From positions 2,709 through 66,708 of IMG/VR virus record IMGVR_UViG_3300044980_000048: a stretch of DNA of 64,000 nt; one strand, given 5' to 3'. The notes under the pieces are model-generated. The model saw only the letters and a list, made by a program, of their open reading frames with translations. It was not told the DNA's origin and made no database searches. Made by a program: the position numbers and the translations under genes. The stretch is from a virus. Every line of letters begins with the position of its first letter. Position 1 is the first letter of the stretch. Shown here one piece after another: positions 19,020-28,200 of this stretch.

Positions 19020-20665
19020 AAATCACCTGAATAAATAAGCCCCTGAGAAGCCCCGCTGATATTAAATGTTGCAGTTGATGCCGATCCGGCCTGTTCAACC
19101 GCTTGAATGAAATTGAATCCCTTAACGGGAGAGAATGACTCTTCCACAACAAGCTGACTTATATTATCAGCCAGCGTTACTGTAGGAGATGAATTAAGTG
19201 CAATAACATTAGGACTTCCGGAAGTAGCGTTAAGCAGCATTCCAATCTGCGCCCCCGCTCCGGCCACGCTCGCTGCCCCCGAACATCCATAATGTCCTTT
19301 GAACGCGGTCTGCCCTAAACCATCTATCCATGATATACGATTTGATGCGCTATTATCGGCTTCACGCCAAACTGTAGTAGTGTACGTCCAGTTAGCCGTA
19401 TTATCGCGCGACATAGACGATACGGGAACGCGATTATATGCATTCCACAGGCCCACAATATTATTGCCACCGCCGTTTGCGGCAGCAGTCTTGAATTGTA
19501 CGGTGCATTGACCATTACCTGATGCGTACATAGTGCCAAGATAAGTCGCACTGGCGGTGGAAACCACTACCTGAGTCGTGGTGTTATCTATCTTCATGGA
19601 TATTGTTGAGGTATTCGCTGCAATGCCCTGAAGGTAGCCCACAGGCGAATTTCTCGTTGTCGCGTTAAGCCAACCGGGGCCAGTACCAAGCGTGGGCGTC
19701 GTACCATTTATGAATGCAAACAAGTCGAATATATTTCCCGAAGTCTGTGATCCGGTATGCGTAAGGCTCGTACTGCTATCTAGGACAAGCGATAATTGCG
19801 CCCCTATGCTATACGGAATCCACGAACTGCCGTTATAAATAGGGACATTGTTACCCTGATAATTTGCGTAATATATCGTCGTTCCACCGGATACGTCGGA
19901 ATTCATCAGGGGAACGCCGCTAGTGAGCGTCAATCGTCCCTGCGGAATGGGAGGACTTGGAATGCTGCTTAAAGCGATTGTAGAGTTATAGAAAAGACAT
20001 TTCCAGTTGCCCGATCCAAGGTCTTCCCAAATCGAAGTATCGCCCGGATTGGCTTGTATATTAGTCGCCGTAGGCAGAATAAGGCTTGTACTGTTATAGG
20101 TAAGAAGTGGCGATCCCGTAAAGCGCACATAGTAAATCGGCCTGTCAGGGCTGCCAAGCGAGCCAAAGGACGTGATAGTAGTGCTGCCCGCGATTTTTAC
20201 GACATTGCTGCCAACTGCGCCAAGATTTACTGTGGATGCCGTAGTAGTTGTCAGTTCGTTCTGCGATGGTTCCCACCTGCTAATCGTCGGGCCAGTCGAA
20301 TCAATGACAATCGGCACGCGCTGATTCTGCGGAATTATTACGTTACCGCTGCCGCCTGTAACTTGCGCGGTAATCGTGAAATTTCCCGTTGTCAGGTTTT
20401 CCACTACCCAGAAACCGCCTTGTGCAGGCCAGATTAAATCAATGCTGCCGGTTAATGCTCCGCTGGCATCAACCATTATGTTTTCGGCTTGCACGCCGGA
20501 TAATGTGATATTGGAATTGCCTGCCGCATTTAGAGCAAGAGTGCCACCGAGATTATTATCAAGAATTGAGATAAGATTGGCGTTCTGATCAATACCCCAT
20601 GTATTGATATTGCTCCCCGTTTGCTGAAGCACTAGATTCTTGTTGGCTGTGAACGAATCCGCCAT
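19016..20665 (-). CDS. Tail fibre protein
   Basis: N-terminal anchor GSNINTWG...LDNNLGG; PQGRLTLTSGVP. Confidence 0.75.
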   Translation of the reverse strand: MADSFTANKNLVLQQTGSNINTWGIDQNANLISILDNNLGGTLALNAAGNSNITLSGVQAENIMVDASGALTGSIDLIWPAQGGFWVVENLTTGNFTITAQVTGGSGNVIIPQNQRVPIVIDSTGPTISRWEPSQNELTTTTASTVNLGAVGSNVVKIAGSTTITSFGSLGSPDRPIYYVRFTGSPLLTYNSTSLILPTATNIQANPGDTSIWEDLGSGNWKCLFYNSTIALSSIPSPPIPQGRLTLTSGVPLMNSDVSGGTTIYYANYQGNNVPIYNGSSWIPYSIGAQLSLVLDSSTSLTHTGSQTSGNIFDLFAFINGTTPTLGTGPGWLNATTRNSPVGYLQGIAANTSTISMKIDNTTTQVVVSTASATYLGTMYASGNGQCTVQFKTAAANGGGNNIVGLWNAYNRVPVSSMSRDNTANWTYTTTVWREADNSASNRISWIDGLGQTAFKGHYGCSGAASVAGAGAQIGMLLNATSGSPNVIALNSSPTVTLADNISQLVVEESFSPVKGFNFIQAVEQAGSASTATFNISGASQGLIYSGDF

Positions 20666-22624
20666 CTATGCAACCCTTTTCATATCTTTATTCAGCCATT
20701 CTTTAAGTTGTTCAAGAGTACATTCGGTTATCGCGTGGATGCGTTTATCCGCTTTGCCATCAGAGAAAGCCTTGCGGTAGATAGCCAAGACTTGCGGCTT
20801 GCTCTTAAATCCAAGGAATGTCTTATGTTCATCGAAGCGTCCGGTGTCCGCGTCCTTCTGGTCTAGTATCCATACACGCTTGCTCTCAGGATTAGGCCCG
20901 ATATAGCAATCTACATGGTCGCCGTCAGCGCCTTCCGTTTTACGAAAGTAGCCATAAGCCGCTGGCATACGAACTTTCCATTCTTTGCCGTTTTTATCCT
21001 TACCGGAGCGGAACGAACCTTTGGGATTTTCGATAGTGATGCGCAGGCCATGTAGTTCAAGGTGTTCTTTCTTATAATTTCCAGCCTCTTTTTGGGCTTC
21101 AGAGGGAGCCGTGTTGACGGTGCCTCCCTTGGCGTAACCTGATTTCGTGGCTTGATTTGCTAAATCCACAAGCGGCGATTTTGAAGAACTAAACATAGCC
21201 TTTACAGCCGTCATAGCCGCATTAAGAGGATGTCCAGTTGCTAACTGTCCTGCGGCATTAAACAGCGATGGGGCATTACGCCTTGCATTTATAATTGCAC
21301 TACGAAGGATTGGGGTTGCTTTGTCAGGCGACAAAATTTCAGAAAGAGCCGCAGCACGTCCACCTTTTGTGCTATTCAAATTATCAAGAAAAGTAGTTGC
21401 ACGACTAATGGTGTCATTTGCAATCCCCGGATGCACCGGATCATTTATTTTGGCCTTATACGCAACGTAATCTTCGGGCTGCCATAGTGGCTTTACGGAA
21501 TCTTCTTCGTACAATCCTAACCTAGCCGCTTGTTTATTGAATTTGTCTAAATGAGCGCCAAATTCAGGAGAAACTTCAGAAGCTTTATCTAACCCATCAT
21601 TGACAATAGTTTTTAGATCAAGTAACTGACCTTTTCCCGCAGTTAAAAATTTATTTGCATTCAGGCCGGAATTTATTGACTTTCTTATACTAACTAAATC
21701 ATTAGGACTAATACCAGTTGCTTCTGTCGGAGTAGAAACAACTCCAAGATTGCCGGGTTTAAATTCAGGAGGGGCCGCATACTTCTCTTGAAGATTATCT
21801 CTTATGTCCATTAATTGTCTTAAAGCCCCTTCCTCCTGACTGCCGGGGGCTACACGATTAGATAGCGTGTCAATGGTTTTATTCAATTTATCGTAAATTT
21901 CCGGCATCTGAAGCGTGAATTTTGAACCTTCGGTCTGCAAATCACTCGCTATGCTGCTCATGACCTGTTTATCGGCATCATATGCCGCGCTAATTGCCTG
22001 ATTGCCGCGTAATCCCTCCACTAGAGCGTTTGGTTTAGAAGCAAACGCTGTCCCTTTGTTGGCTTCCTTGAGTACATCGAGTTTATCTAAACCTATCGGT
22101 GCATCTTCAGCGGTTGCCTTAGCCGCTGCATTAGCGGCACTTGCCGCCGCAAATGAATCTGCCGCTGGCTGTGTGGCGGATGTAATAGCTTTTCCTGCGC
22201 CCTTAACAGCAGTCAAATTGCCAGCAAGTTGCGCATTCTCGCCAAAAGCCGATAGGTCACGTTTCAAATCAGGATTATATGATTCTAAGTCTTCAATATT
22301 ATCACCAAGGTCTGATATAGCCTCTTTTCCAGCCATCAATTTATCGCCTATCCACTTGCCAACACCAGTTGAATCAACGGCATCAGCTACGCCTTGCGCT
22401 GGTTTTGATGCGGCAGAAGCTACTGCTCCCATAACCGGCGAAACTACGCTGTTTACAGCGGTATTTATAGGCTTCGCTACGGTATCCATTAAGCCTTGAT
22501 AGGCTGCTCTTGTTGGATCGGTCTGGTATTCTTCCTCTTTTGCAGCAGGAGGGGCTATCCAATCTCCGGGGTCTGCCGATTGTGAGGCAGGAGATACCCA
22601 ATCGCCGGGGTCTTGATCTGTCAT
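20666..22624 (-). CDS. Internal virion/ejection protein with C-terminal inorganic-pyrophosphatase-like (polyvalent-protein InPase) domain
   Basis: PSEAQKEAGNYKK...TIENPKGS...YGY...GADGDHVD...FDEHK..LGF; position after the main ejection protein. Confidence 0.75.
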   Translation of the reverse strand: MTDQDPGDWVSPASQSADPGDWIAPPAAKEEEYQTDPTRAAYQGLMDTVAKPINTAVNSVVSPVMGAVASAASKPAQGVADAVDSTGVGKWIGDKLMAGKEAISDLGDNIEDLESYNPDLKRDLSAFGENAQLAGNLTAVKGAGKAITSATQPAADSFAAASAANAAAKATAEDAPIGLDKLDVLKEANKGTAFASKPNALVEGLRGNQAISAAYDADKQVMSSIASDLQTEGSKFTLQMPEIYDKLNKTIDTLSNRVAPGSQEEGALRQLMDIRDNLQEKYAAPPEFKPGNLGVVSTPTEATGISPNDLVSIRKSINSGLNANKFLTAGKGQLLDLKTIVNDGLDKASEVSPEFGAHLDKFNKQAARLGLYEEDSVKPLWQPEDYVAYKAKINDPVHPGIANDTISRATTFLDNLNSTKGGRAAALSEILSPDKATPILRSAIINARRNAPSLFNAAGQLATGHPLNAAMTAVKAMFSSSKSPLVDLANQATKSGYAKGGTVNTAPSEAQKEAGNYKKEHLELHGLRITIENPKGSFRSGKDKNGKEWKVRMPAAYGYFRKTEGADGDHVDCYIGPNPESKRVWILDQKDADTGRFDEHKTFLGFKSKPQVLAIYRKAFSDGKADKRIHAITECTLEQLKEWLNKDMKRVA

Positions 22625-25600
22625 ATCGGTTTACCTCCGCTGTCGTAAAGCTTGCCGCCGCTATCCTTCCACATTTGTTTGCTTGGGCTGTACATGGAGC
22701 CAGCAGGTACGCCTTTGGGAACCGAAGGGATACTAGGTGTAGCTTGTGAGTTTGTGCCTTGTGACTGCCCATCAGAAGGATAAAATTTATCAATAAGTTT
22801 TCTTGCAGCAGGCGTCATGAATCTTTCACGGTAATTCGTCAGCCCGCTGCCCGCCGTATATCTCTGTTCAAGACCGTATGCTTGTCCCGCCATGTATTTT
22901 CCTGCTTCCTGAAGCTGCCCCATTGCCTGTGCACGGCTGCTGCCATTATCCATATTCTGTGTAAAAGCCTGACGATCACTCACTGCCGAGTTAGCGCCTA
23001 AAATGGCTTTTGCCATTTCGTCATAAACAATAGTTTTTCCAAGATTGAAATTTGTAGGAACGGGACTTCCAGCCTGTCTTGCCACTTCCTGAGACAAGCG
23101 GTTAAATTGCCGTACATCACCATTATTAAGGGCATTAATAGCATCCTGTAATGTTCCGATATGTTCCATGGTAACATTTTGCGCCTGCACGGTACGGGCA
23201 GTTTGTGGCCCCTTGGTAAAATCTTGTATCGTAGAATATCTCTGTCCCGTCCATGTAGGATCAGCTATAGCCGCTGCCTGTTGTGCAGCCAATAAGGTAG
23301 GTTTCGCAGCGAAACCAGTAGGGGGAGCGGCATCCCCCTTCATATAGAGTCTGGCTTGTGCAGCGATTGGAGCCGGAATTGTTTTAAGAAATTCCTCTCC
23401 CCTCAGAGGATTTCCATCTTTGTCAGTGGGTGGATTATATATATTCGCCACGGACTGCTTTGTAGCATCGCCTCCGGGCCCACCGAGATTCACAGGAGTA
23501 GGATTAGCTGGGTCTTTAGGATTGGGAATGATGAATCCTCCAAAACCATCGGGGATTGGCTTTTGATGTTCAAATGCCTGATTAGCCAATTCCCCTTGCT
23601 GATATTTGGCTTGATTTGCTATTTCCTGCGCACGTAAACCAAGTTGTCCTTGCTGGTATTGGCCAGTCTGCGCAATCTCTTTATTACGTGCCGCTAATTC
23701 ACCCTGCTGATTCTGCGCTGTCGCCTGCTGCTGCGCTTCCTCGCGCATCATAGTACGGTTTTCGTCGTATGCCTTCAGTCCCTCAAGCCCACCACGCCCG
23801 ATATTTACTGCCGCAAACGGAGATGTTCCTGACATCATGCCAAGTCCAGCGGCGATGAGTGGTTCTGCGCTCCGAAACTGCTGATCCTTCTGTGATGGAA
23901 TGCCAAGGTCTATGGATTCACCGTTTGAAGGATGTTTGACCACTACCGTATCACCCGAATGATCTACCTGCGTATCCGGGTCTTTCTGTGCTTCAATCTG
24001 TGCGGGCGTTATGCCGGTTGCAGGATTGGCACTATAATCACGCGCTTGATTATCCGGCCCACCGTCGAGCGCCGTCTGTGGGCTGCTTGCAAGGGTAGTA
24101 AGAAAATCCTGCGCATCGTTGCTGCCATCCGCAGGCTGCACAGGGCCATCAGTTGCGTATTTGCCAATGCCACCGCTTGCAAGTCCCATAGTCCCGGCAG
24201 TAGGCGCAGCAGGGGCCATAGGTGCTGTTGCGCCACCTAAGCCCTGCGCTGGGTTCATGCGCTTTGCCTGTAGTGCAGATTGCACTAATTTACCCTGTGG
24301 CGTTGAAGGTGGTATCTGGATAGCAAGCTGCTGCAATTTCTCCTGCGGCATCAGGGAAAGTTGCTGGTAATAGTTTTGCAGGTTCGGATTAGCGCCCTGC
24401 AAGGCATTCGCGGTCGGATCGTTTGTAACGCCGCCATCGTCATAATGTCCTATCGCGCCGCCTTTCTTTGATACCGCCATGGGCGTGTAAGGCGTTCCAT
24501 TGGCGTTCACCAACTGCGGATTACCGTTTAGTTGCCCATAGGAAGCACCGGGATATGCGGGAACAAAACCGGGTTTAGCAGCAGAGGGCGAAGTAGCAGC
24601 AGGTGCGGCTGTACCTGCCGCAGCGGGAATAGACGATAACGATGTACCGGCAACAGGTGCTATGGATGCGCCGGTTGTAGGCGATGGTGAAGGCGATGCT
24701 CCTGAAGATTGCTGCCCCATACTACCCATACCACCCATACCAAAGCCACCAAAACCCCTCCAACCGCCCATACCCTGATTATATCCCTGCGATGTTGCAG
24801 GATTCGTTATAGATTGTGGCGTATAGGTAGGTTGCGAATTTGAAATCTGCGGCAGTGGATTTGAGAAATTCTGCGGTGTCGTATTCTGTCCGCTCAATGC
24901 CGATTGATTAATCTGCGGTATATTAGGCCCAGTAGGATTGAATGCGCTATAAGTCGAGCCGCCTTGATTGCCGCCAAGACCTAAGCCACTCAGTAATTGC
25001 AGAAGTGAACTGACATTAAACCCCGAACTACCGCCAAGTCCACCAGCGCCACTGAAGCCACCGTAATTCATTCCATAGCCACCTTGTGACAAATAAGGCG
25101 AAGTAGCGCCACCTGCAACACGCTTAAGGGGAAAGGGCTCCATATCATCTTCGCCGGTTATATCTTTGGTCTTAATAGGCTTCTGTTTTGGGTATTGAAG
25201 ATCGGGTGCATCCATATCCGGTTCGTCGTCAGTATTATCGGCAACTCCACCGTCCGCGAATCCGCTACCACCAAGACCTTTCATGCCGCCAAGTTCCTGC
25301 ATGACATTCTGTGTGGAAAATGGATTATTCTGACTGATATTTGTCGGCTGCGGAGGACGCGGAATATTACCATGCGCTATCTGCGGCGTATTTCCCTGCG
25401 GAATGAACGACATTGACACGTTAGGAACACCGGGAAGCGGAACGTTGCCACCCATATCGCGGTGAATAGCACCGCCCTTAGCTGCTAAAGCAAGTTCAGA
25501 CGAAGCAAAAGCATCATACCCACCATCTGCCGCTGCGCTATCTCCAAGCAGACTATCAAAAGCACCCGCGTTATAAAGCCCAAGGCCCGTAAGACCCAAT

Positions 25601-26469
25601 CCTCCCACCTGACTCAGTGCGCTAGGTGAAGGTGAAGTAGTGCTGCTTGTGCCACCGGCCAAGCCGCCCGCAATCCCTGCTGCCTGTTCTAAAGCGGAGA
25701 GATTCTGATAAGGATACGCCTGCTGCTGTGCATATTGTTCATACGGCACGTTAAGCTGTTCCTGTGCGAGTTGCTGCCCAAGGCCACCAGACTGTAACTG
25801 TGCGCTTGCTGCGGAAAGCGCATTATTCTGCGCCGTCGTGCCAAGGCCGTTTTCCTGCGCTGCTGCGCCCTGTTGCAACCAGTCATTTGCCGTAGTGCCG
25901 GAAAGTTGCAACTGTTGCTGATTATTGAGTTCTCCAAGCGCCTGTGAATAGCCCTGATTCTGCAATCCTGCAACGGTCTGGTTATTCGCTAAATCCTGCT
26001 GATTCGCCAGAGTGGCTGCGGCAATACCTGCCCTATCTCCCCCAAACGGTGATGCGCCAGACTGGATAGCCTGTCCCAAAAGCTGTTGCTGTTGCTGTTC
26101 GTCATTCTGATTAAGTTGGGCCATCGTCGAGTTGACGACCTGCTGCGTATAAGGCGACTGATACTGCGAAACAGCATTAGGTGAGAATTGTTGGACACTG
26201 TTCATTACAGGTGCAGTGCCAGCCGCGATATACTGCGCTGCGGTATTCGTGTACGGAACGGATAGACCCTGCGTAGCATTTACCGTGTTCATTGCCGCGT
26301 TCTGTGTCGGATTAAACCCGGCAACCAGTGGCCCCTGATACTGCTGTAATGGCTGTCCGGTTACATTCTGCGCAGTGCTGTAAAGACCCTGTAGATTATT
26401 CTGAAGCCATTGCGGTGCTTGGGAATTCTGGACTACAGTATTTGTGCCTCCGCTACTTCCCTTACCCAC
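22621..26469 (-). CDS. Large DNA-ejection (internal virion) protein
   Basis: 1282 aa, Q/G/A-rich; GKGSSGGTNT...APQW N-terminus, YQSPYTQQVV, FGGDRAGI. Confidence 0.75.
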   Translation of the reverse strand: MGKGSSGGTNTVVQNSQAPQWLQNNLQGLYSTAQNVTGQPLQQYQGPLVAGFNPTQNAAMNTVNATQGLSVPYTNTAAQYIAAGTAPVMNSVQQFSPNAVSQYQSPYTQQVVNSTMAQLNQNDEQQQQQLLGQAIQSGASPFGGDRAGIAAATLANQQDLANNQTVAGLQNQGYSQALGELNNQQQLQLSGTTANDWLQQGAAAQENGLGTTAQNNALSAASAQLQSGGLGQQLAQEQLNVPYEQYAQQQAYPYQNLSALEQAAGIAGGLAGGTSSTTSPSPSALSQVGGLGLTGLGLYNAGAFDSLLGDSAAADGGYDAFASSELALAAKGGAIHRDMGGNVPLPGVPNVSMSFIPQGNTPQIAHGNIPRPPQPTNISQNNPFSTQNVMQELGGMKGLGGSGFADGGVADNTDDEPDMDAPDLQYPKQKPIKTKDITGEDDMEPFPLKRVAGGATSPYLSQGGYGMNYGGFSGAGGLGGSSGFNVSSLLQLLSGLGLGGNQGGSTYSAFNPTGPNIPQINQSALSGQNTTPQNFSNPLPQISNSQPTYTPQSITNPATSQGYNQGMGGWRGFGGFGMGGMGSMGQQSSGASPSPSPTTGASIAPVAGTSLSSIPAAAGTAAPAATSPSAAKPGFVPAYPGASYGQLNGNPQLVNANGTPYTPMAVSKKGGAIGHYDDGGVTNDPTANALQGANPNLQNYYQQLSLMPQEKLQQLAIQIPPSTPQGKLVQSALQAKRMNPAQGLGGATAPMAPAAPTAGTMGLASGGIGKYATDGPVQPADGSNDAQDFLTTLASSPQTALDGGPDNQARDYSANPATGITPAQIEAQKDPDTQVDHSGDTVVVKHPSNGESIDLGIPSQKDQQFRSAEPLIAAGLGMMSGTSPFAAVNIGRGGLEGLKAYDENRTMMREEAQQQATAQNQQGELAARNKEIAQTGQYQQGQLGLRAQEIANQAKYQQGELANQAFEHQKPIPDGFGGFIIPNPKDPANPTPVNLGGPGGDATKQSVANIYNPPTDKDGNPLRGEEFLKTIPAPIAAQARLYMKGDAAPPTGFAAKPTLLAAQQAAAIADPTWTGQRYSTIQDFTKGPQTARTVQAQNVTMEHIGTLQDAINALNNGDVRQFNRLSQEVARQAGSPVPTNFNLGKTIVYDEMAKAILGANSAVSDRQAFTQNMDNGSSRAQAMGQLQEAGKYMAGQAYGLEQRYTAGSGLTNYRERFMTPAARKLIDKFYPSDGQSQGTNSQATPSIPSVPKGVPAGSMYSPSKQMWKDSGGKLYDSGGKPI

Positions 26470-26962
26470 CGTTTAATCTCCTTTGAGAGTACATATCTTC
26501 AAAGTCCTTTCCAAACACGAAGTAGGCTCCAATCTGTGAAAGCTGGCGCTGATAAAGGCGCATTTTGGGCTCAAGCCGTTTTTTTGTTACAATTCCCATT
26601 ACCAATGGAATACCAAGACGCATGGCGCTCCACTTGGCGAATTCAATCAGTTTCTTTGCATGATCAGAACGCCGGTAATCAGGATGAACAAAATTCCATA
26701 GCTCATCCAAAAACCAATCATCGGTGTACCACATCTGCGAAGGACGCAGCCCTATACAACCCTCAATACGGCCATTTTTTTCAATAAGCCCTGTGACGCC
26801 GTATGCGCCTTGAATCATATTAAGACACGTCGCAATCGCCATTCTTGCCCGCTGCTCGCTTAAGGAGAATACGGAATTCTCATCATTAAGATTAAGCAGA
26901 AAGTCATAAATACGATCCGCATCGTCCGCACAGCCCATACGGACACCTTTAAATTCGAGCAT
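26462..26962 (-). CDS. GNAT-like acetyltransferase
   Basis: FVHPDYRRS motif A; usual podovirus position before ejection genes. Confidence 0.75.
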   Translation of the reverse strand: MLEFKGVRMGCADDADRIYDFLLNLNDENSVFSLSEQRARMAIATCLNMIQGAYGVTGLIEKNGRIEGCIGLRPSQMWYTDDWFLDELWNFVHPDYRRSDHAKKLIEFAKWSAMRLGIPLVMGIVTKKRLEPKMRLYQRQLSQIGAYFVFGKDFEDMYSQRRLNGG

Positions 26963-26971
26963 GTATTTCCT

Positions 26972-27670
26972 TCACTTTTTCGGGGCCGGAAGCGTCTTAA
27001 TCTTCTTAGCCGTATGTACCCTTACGCGCCGCACCATTTCATCAAGCGTGCGATGCCCCTTACGGACATCACCCTGTCCTACTCTGGTGACAACATCGGG
27101 AGGGACAATGAATTCACCACCAGCCACGATAACCGGCACATGCCCGGAACTACCACCTTTAGCCAGAGGCAGCGAAGGCCCACCATTGGCGTTAAAAGGC
27201 GCTGGCGGACGCGGAGCATCGCCACGCGATATATGAGGGCTCGCAGTAGTCCCATAAGGCCCCATACGCAGGGCTTCATTCAGGATACGCGCCCCTGACA
27301 AGCTATTTCCTTGCCCAAGCCCGCTAACAACATCTGCCGGGATTACATAGCTATCGGCAGCAACGGATTGCGGGATTCGGTCGGTTCGGCCAGCAATAGA
27401 CGAATTAAGAAACCCCCCAGAATGGGGGTTAAGCATATTCGATTCTTCACGCCGTATAAACCAAGGGCTTTCTTCATTTGGCGACAGTCCGCCCAAGGCC
27501 AGATGTTCCAATGGCAGGTTTGGCACTCCCCCCTGACTTGCGTTCGGGTGTTTCCGAGCGTTGCTGAGTGATATTGCCACTGCTTGTTTTTGTGGATACT
27601 TCCCCGTGCTCATCAACTCGCTTATGTTTTTTGATTTCACTGAGTTCGAGCTTCCGTTTTGCAGCGGCAT
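26972..27670 (-). CDS. Virion protein with duplicated (SY/EF)(V/I)(I/V)P-DVV---GQG module
   Basis: N-terminal NISELM...PQKQAVAI; DSYVIPADVVSGLGQG and GEFIVPPDVVTRVGQG. Confidence 0.65.
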   Translation of the reverse strand: MPLQNGSSNSVKSKNISELMSTGKYPQKQAVAISLSNARKHPNASQGGVPNLPLEHLALGGLSPNEESPWFIRREESNMLNPHSGGFLNSSIAGRTDRIPQSVAADSYVIPADVVSGLGQGNSLSGARILNEALRMGPYGTTASPHISRGDAPRPPAPFNANGGPSLPLAKGGSSGHVPVIVAGGEFIVPPDVVTRVGQGDVRKGHRTLDEMVRRVRVHTAKKIKTLPAPKK

Positions 27671-27935
27671 GTTCTTTTTCCTCCTGTTCGATTTCCTGTA
27701 GCGTTCTTTCTCTGGTGGGCGCTACAACCCATTCTTCACCAAAAGGCGTGTATTCCCTTCGGCAGGCGATTATCTGCCCGAATTTGTACGGATGGGATTT
27801 TGTCGCCATCGGCTCACTGCTGATTTCCACAATCACCGAGTCCTGTCCAATTACTTTCTGCACAAGTGACCGGAGTAATTCCCCCGGCAGCGAAACCGTA
27901 AGATAAGCACCGACTTTAGGCATAAACTTAGGCAT
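27474..27935 (-). CDS. Hypothetical protein
   Basis: GGAGG RBS; 3' end overlaps the next gene by about 200 nt. Confidence 0.55.
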   Translation of the reverse strand: MPKFMPKVGAYLTVSLPGELLRSLVQKVIGQDSVIVEISSEPMATKSHPYKFGQIIACRREYTPFGEEWVVAPTRERTLQEIEQEEKEHAAAKRKLELSEIKKHKRVDEHGEVSTKTSSGNITQQRSETPERKSGGSAKPAIGTSGLGRTVAK

Positions 27936-27939
27936 ATTT

Positions 27940-27965
27940 CCTCCTGCGGAGCGCCCGCGTTGAGG
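27940..27965 (-). promoter_or_regulatory. GCGCU-pentaloop hairpin sequestering an RBS
   Basis: CCTC-AAC-GCGG[GCGCT]CCGC-AG-GAGG on the - strand. Confidence 0.6.
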
Positions 27966-27966
27966 G

Positions 27967-28200
27967 TTAAGACAAGACGTGAACTACGCTTGAAAAATCT
28001 TTATAAACTAATGCGTTCTGTGTGGTGCTGTAATAAATACTGTTAGTCGGTGCCGCTGCATCCGATTCACTGAAGGGCTGATAGGCCCCCGCTGGCAACA
28101 CAGTATTAAGCGTTTTAATCAACTGCCCGATCTGCTGCGTAATATCCTGCACCGCATTAATCAGACCTGAGAAGTTCAATCCCGGCGTAACAGGGGGCAT
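27967..28200 (-). CDS. Small tail protein
   Basis: TAATG-coupled to the nozzle gene. Confidence 0.6.
   Translation of the reverse strand: MPPVTPGLNFSGLINAVQDITQQIGQLIKTLNTVLPAGAYQPFSESDAAAPTNSIYYSTTQNALVYKDFSSVVHVLS

Noticed and set aside
26462-26485. Ubiquitin-like C-terminal RRLNGG on the GNAT protein
   Set aside because: Explained by overlap with the GTG GGT AAG start of the next gene; no E1/E2-like genes are present.
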